Shown here piece after piece: positions 6,784 to 9,528 of a DNA stretch of 9,528 bases (positions are counted from its first letter, which is position 1; each line of letters opens with the position of its first letter). Where the stretch lies: NCBI RefSeq assembly GCF_042660085.1, contig NZ_JBHSTI010000025.1, positions 1 to 9,528 of the forward strand, read 5' to 3'. Below the pieces are notes generated by a model, which saw only the letters and a list, made by a program, of their open reading frames with translations, made no database searches and was not told where the DNA came from. The DNA comes from Longivirga aurantiaca. Lineage in GTDB: Bacteria > Actinomycetota > Actinomycetes > S36-B12 > CAIYMF01. Made by a program: the position numbers and the translations under genes.

Positions 6784-7662
6784 CTACGCGAGGCCGCAGG
6801 CCTTCGTGAGGACGTCGTACATCTGCTTCTTCGCGTCGTCGGGCGGCTGCAGGGTGAGATCGACGCGGCCGTCGCCGAGGTCGAGGCCGACGTCGAACAC
6901 GTACGTCTTCTTGCTCTCGCCGAGCGAGTGGCCGTCGCAGCGCAGGGTGGAGCCGACGTCGATCGAGAGCGACGCCGTAGCCGCGGACGCCGGCATCGTG
7001 AGGAGCGGGGTGCCCGCGGGCGGGGTGGCGTCGAGCGTGAGCAGCACGCTGCCGTCGAGGTCGACGACGTCGATGGGGCCGGTGCTGCTGCCGCGGGTGA
7101 GCACGAGCGTGCCGCGCAGGACGGGTGCGCCGTCGACGGTGGTCGGCGCCCAGCTGTCGCCGAACGCGACGTCGACGGCGTCGAGCAGGCGCTGGCGGGC
7201 GCAGTCCTGGTCCCACAGCTTCTCGAGCAGGACGTCGGAGGCGGCGAGACCGATGGTGAGCTGGGAGTCGGGCGTGACGATCTCGGCCTCGACCGGGTCG
7301 GTGGGCCGCGTGCTGCCGGTGCACACGGCGTCGCCGTACGGCACCTTGAGCGCGACGGTGGCGCCGGGCGGGATGTCGTAGTCGACCTGAGCGGGATCGG
7401 TCCCCGCGAGCCCCGACCAGGCGACGGCGAGCGAGCTCACGCGGACGGTCGTGGCGCCGGCGTTCCTCAGCTCGACCTTGAGCGAGTGGGTGACCTCGTC
7501 CTCGCGGTACTGCTGCAACGTGCCGACCAGGTTGGGCGCGGGCGGTGCGGTCTTGTCGCCGCCCGAGTACGTCGCGCTGCCCGACCCCCCGGACCCCGCG
7601 CACCCCGCGAGCAGCGCACCGCCCACGACCAGGCCAGCGAGCACGCAGAGTCGACGACGCAT
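6784..7662 (-). CDS. putative lipoprotein (292 aa), unknown function
   Basis: Internal start of ORF 6784..7728 at ATG (complement of 7660-7662). This gives MRRRLCVLAGLVVGGALLAGCAGSGGSGS, a canonical lipobox L-L-A-G-C followed by a Gly/Ser linker. The mature part is beta-rich and has four further Cys. Confidence 0.75.
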   Translation of the reverse strand: MRRRLCVLAGLVVGGALLAGCAGSGGSGSATYSGGDKTAPPAPNLVGTLQQYREDEVTHSLKVELRNAGATTVRVSSLAVAWSGLAGTDPAQVDYDIPPGATVALKVPYGDAVCTGSTRPTDPVEAEIVTPDSQLTIGLAASDVLLEKLWDQDCARQRLLDAVDVAFGDSWAPTTVDGAPVLRGTLVLTRGSSTGPIDVVDLDGSVLLTLDATPPAGTPLLTMPASAATASLSIDVGSTLRCDGHSLGESKKTYVFDVGLDLGDGRVDLTLQPPDDAKKQMYDVLTKACGLA

Positions 7663-7831
7663 GCCCGCCACCGTAGGCCGGGTGTGCCATGAAGGGGGCC
7701 TTCGTTGCTCAGAGCGCAACAAAGCCACCCCTCATCGTCACCAGCCGGTGCGTCCGCCGTGGACGCGGGACGGCGGCGCGCTCGACGGAACGGCGTACGG
7801 CGATCGGACACGGCTGTGCTGGACTACGCGG

Positions 7832-8695
7832 ATGGCCGTCGTCCTCGCCCTGATCTCCAGCGTCCTGTGGGGCGTCGCCGACTTCGTGGGCGGCGTGGCC
7901 TCGCGGCGGGCGACGGCGCTGCAGGTGCTCATGGTCACGACGCCGGCCGGCTTGCTGCTGATCGTGCCCGTCGCGTTCCTCCTCGGCGGCGACGCCGCGG
8001 GCAGCGCGGTCCCCGGCCTGGTCGCGGGGGTCTTCGGTGCGTTCGGCATCCTGCTGCTGTACGCCGCCCTCACGATCGGGCCGATGGGCGTGCTCTCGCC
8101 GGTGTCCGCGGTGCTCGGTGCCGCGATCCCGGTGGTCGTGGGCATCGCGGGCGGCGAACGGCCCGGGCCGACGGCGTACGTCGGGATGGCGCTGGCGGTC
8201 GTGGCGATCGTGACGGTCGGCCTCGAGCCGCAGGCACCGACCGACGACTCGCAGCACCAGCGGGTCTCGCGACGCGGGCTCCTGCTCGCGATCGGGGCGG
8301 GCGTGGGTATCGGCCTGTTCTTCGCGTGCGTCTCGTTCGCGCCGGACGACGCGGGCGTGTGGCCGATCGTCTGGTCGCGCGTCATGTCGACCGTGATCAT
8401 CGGGTTGCTCGCCCTCGCTCTGTTCGTGCGGCGCGGCGAGCGCCCCACGCCCGCGCTGCCGTCGGTGGTGTGGCTCGCGGTGCTCGCGGGTGCGCTCGAC
8501 GTCGCGGCCAACGCGTTCTACGTGCTCGCCCTGCCGCTCGGGCTCCTCTCGATCGTGGCGGTGCTCGGCTCGCTCTACCCCGCGGCCACGGTGCTGCTCG
8601 CGCGCCTCGTGCTCGCCGAGCGCCTGCACCTGCTGCAGAAGGTCGGCATGGTCACCGCGCTCGTCGCGAGCGCCCTCCTCGCCCTCGGCGCCTGA
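7832..8695 (+). CDS. EamA/DMT-superfamily transporter (287 aa, about 10 TM)
   Basis: Internal start of ORF 7451..8695 at ATG 7832: MAVVLALISSVLWGVADFVGGVASRR..., followed by hydrophobic helices in two halves, as in twin EamA domains. The in-frame sequence upstream is Arg/Pro-rich and overlaps the antisense lipoprotein gene. The SD is weak. Confidence 0.85.
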   Translation: MAVVLALISSVLWGVADFVGGVASRRATALQVLMVTTPAGLLLIVPVAFLLGGDAAGSAVPGLVAGVFGAFGILLLYAALTIGPMGVLSPVSAVLGAAIPVVVGIAGGERPGPTAYVGMALAVVAIVTVGLEPQAPTDDSQHQRVSRRGLLLAIGAGVGIGLFFACVSFAPDDAGVWPIVWSRVMSTVIIGLLALALFVRRGERPTPALPSVVWLAVLAGALDVAANAFYVLALPLGLLSIVAVLGSLYPAATVLLARLVLAERLHLLQKVGMVTALVASALLALGA

Positions 8696-8726
8696 CCGGC
8701 TCAGTTCGTCCGCTCAGGGGTTCCAA

Positions 8727-8774
8727 GATCACGAGTACGGGTCAGATCGTGCAGTTGAACTGCCGTGATCGACC
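8727..8774 (+). repeat. left copy of a 48-bp inverted repeat flanking the DinB gene
   Basis: GATCACGAGTACGGGTCAGATCGTGCAGTTGAACTGCCGTGATCGACC. It matches the reverse complement of 9376-9423 at 45/48 positions. It contains three GATC sites and an internal hairpin (8745-8755 with 8759-8770). Confidence 0.9.
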
Positions 8775-8867
8775 TCAGGGCGCGAATGTGCAGGGCGGCG
8801 TGATGTCTGCGGGGGACGGCGGTAATCGCGGTGGTGGCGGCGTACGGCGAGCCGCAACGATCGGTGC

Positions 8868-9344
8868 ATGCTCAGCGACCCCGCCGCTCTCGCCCTCGTC
8901 GCCCGCTACCGCGCGGGCGTCGTGCTCGTGGAGGATGCTCTCGCCGGTGCGACCGACGCCGACCTCGACCGCCGCGGCCCCGGCACCGACGACTGGTGCG
9001 CGCGCCAGGTCGTGCACCACCTCGCCGACAGCGAGACCAACTCCTACGTGCGGCTGCGGCGCCTGATCGCCGAGCCCGCGCCGACCACGATCCAGGGGTA
9101 CGACGAGGCGCACTGGGCCACGGTGCTGCACTACGACCGGCCGATCGAGGCGTCGCTCGCGGTGTTCCGCGCCGTCCGCGCCGCCAGCGGCGAGCTGCTC
9201 GACACCCTCGTCGACGCCGATCTCGTGCGCACCGGCGTCCACTCCGAGAGCGGCACCTACTCGCTCGCCGACTGGCTCGCGATCTACGCCGACCACGCCG
9301 AGGCCCACGCCGCCCAGATCCGCGCCGCCCGCGCCACCCCCTGA
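8868..9344 (+). CDS. DinB-family (DinB_2-like four-helix-bundle, putative metal-dependent) protein, 158 aa
   Basis: ORF 8868..9344. An in-frame TAA at 8823-8825 with no alternative start codon after it fixes ATG 8868. The His-containing motifs QVVHHLADSE and YADHAEAHAAQI, the spacing and the size are typical of DinB-superfamily proteins. I see no clear SD. Confidence 0.8.
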   Translation: MLSDPAALALVARYRAGVVLVEDALAGATDADLDRRGPGTDDWCARQVVHHLADSETNSYVRLRRLIAEPAPTTIQGYDEAHWATVLHYDRPIEASLAVFRAVRAASGELLDTLVDADLVRTGVHSESGTYSLADWLAIYADHAEAHAAQIRAARATP

Positions 9345-9375
9345 CCCGCGCCGCACTCGCCCTTCCCACCCCTTG

Positions 9376-9423
9376 GGTCGATCACGGCAGTCCCACTGCA
9401 CGATCTGACCCGTACGCGTGATC
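9376..9423 (-). repeat. right copy of the 48-bp inverted repeat flanking the DinB gene
   Basis: The + strand reads GGTCGATCACGGCAGTCCCACTGCACGATCTGACCCGTACGCGTGATC. Its reverse complement is GATCACGCGTACGGGTCAGATCGTGCAGTGGGACTGCCGTGATCGACC. It differs from the left copy only at repeat positions 8, 30 and 32. Confidence 0.9.
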
Positions 9424-9435
9424 TCGCTGGCAGCG

Positions 9436-9477
9436 CCGGGCGCGCGAACCCGTCGTACGTCGGGGCCGCGCGCCCGG
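9436..9477. terminator. long composite hairpin, possible bidirectional terminator
   Basis: CCGGGCGCGCG (9436-9446) pairs perfectly with CGCGCGCCCGG (9467-9477). The enclosed CCCGTCGTACGTCGGG (9449-9464) is a 16-bp palindrome with one T-T mismatch. It lies between the right repeat copy and a possible minus-strand stop codon at 9501-9503. Confidence 0.35.
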
Positions 9478-9528
9478 TCGAGCTCGCCGTTCCCGCCCCC
9501 TACGGCTGGTCGAGGCGGTCCAGCCGCA

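Noticed and set aside
7740-7831. A possible guanidine-type or other riboswitch in the EamA leader. It has several ACGG motifs (CGACGGAACGGCGTACGGCG) and a CCGCCG...CGGCGG stem.
   Set aside because: I could not place the ACGR motifs in tetraloops closed by proper stems (mini-ykkC), nor match the guanidine-III pseudoknot consensus I remember. ACGG is expected often at this GC content. Only a cmscan against Rfam could settle it.
1-9344. A possible secondary-metabolite or xenobiotic gene cluster, given five redox or detoxification enzymes in the window (2OG oxygenase, ABM, BVMO, SDR, DinB).
   Set aside because: There is no core biosynthetic enzyme (PKS, NRPS, terpene synthase or RiPP machinery). 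The genes alternate in orientation and form separate transcription units interrupted by unrelated membrane and secreted proteins. Only BVMO-SDR looks like an operon.
8717-9435. Target-site duplication or further terminal extension of the DinB-flanking inverted repeats.
   Set aside because: The outer flanks (GGGGTTCCAA on the left, TCGCTGGCAG on the right) share no direct repeat of 2-10 bp, and the repeat does not extend outward beyond one base. Classical recent transposition is therefore not demonstrated.
9501-9528. A possible 3' end of a minus-strand gene: CTA at 9501-9503, with the reverse-complement frame reading ...RLDRLDQP*.
   Set aside because: Only 28 nt lie inside the window, too little to support a CDS call. 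I use it only as context for the repeat and hairpin interpretation.
1-9528. tRNA, rRNA, CRISPR arrays, integrase, transposase, toxin-antitoxin or known defence genes.
   Set aside because: I recognised no cloverleaf-like T-arm consensus, no spaced direct repeats, and no ORF with recombinase, nuclease or ATPase signatures on either strand.

Overview
Very high G+C, actinobacterial-type chromosomal DNA. I support 11 protein-coding genes in alternating orientation. I see no rRNA, tRNA, CRISPR array, transposase, integrase or phage genes. Left to right: a 2OG-Fe(II) oxygenase (minus, runs off the left edge); a small orphan ORF; a secreted PD40/TolB-like beta-propeller protein; an ABM-domain monooxygenase; a small polytopic membrane protein; a DUF2510-DUF805 fusion membrane protein; a two-gene minus-strand operon of an EthA-like Baeyer-Villiger monooxygenase and a classical SDR; a lipoprotein; an EamA/DMT transporter; and a DinB-family protein. 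Most long ORFs in the supplied track are Arg/Pro/Ala-rich shadow frames of these genes, and several real genes start at internal codons of the listed ORFs. I find no convincing multi-gene novel system (defence, secretion or biosynthetic cluster). The one structure the gene map does not explain is a pair of 48-bp inverted repeats, 45/48 identical, at 8727-8774 and 9376-9423. They bracket the DinB gene and nothing else. Each copy has its own hairpin, and two of the three differences between the copies fall in the hairpin loop. Other structured non-coding elements are a perfect 13-bp-stem hairpin that separates the lipoprotein gene from the BVMO operon, a composite hairpin at the right end, and a structured 245-bp leader upstream of the beta-propeller gene.
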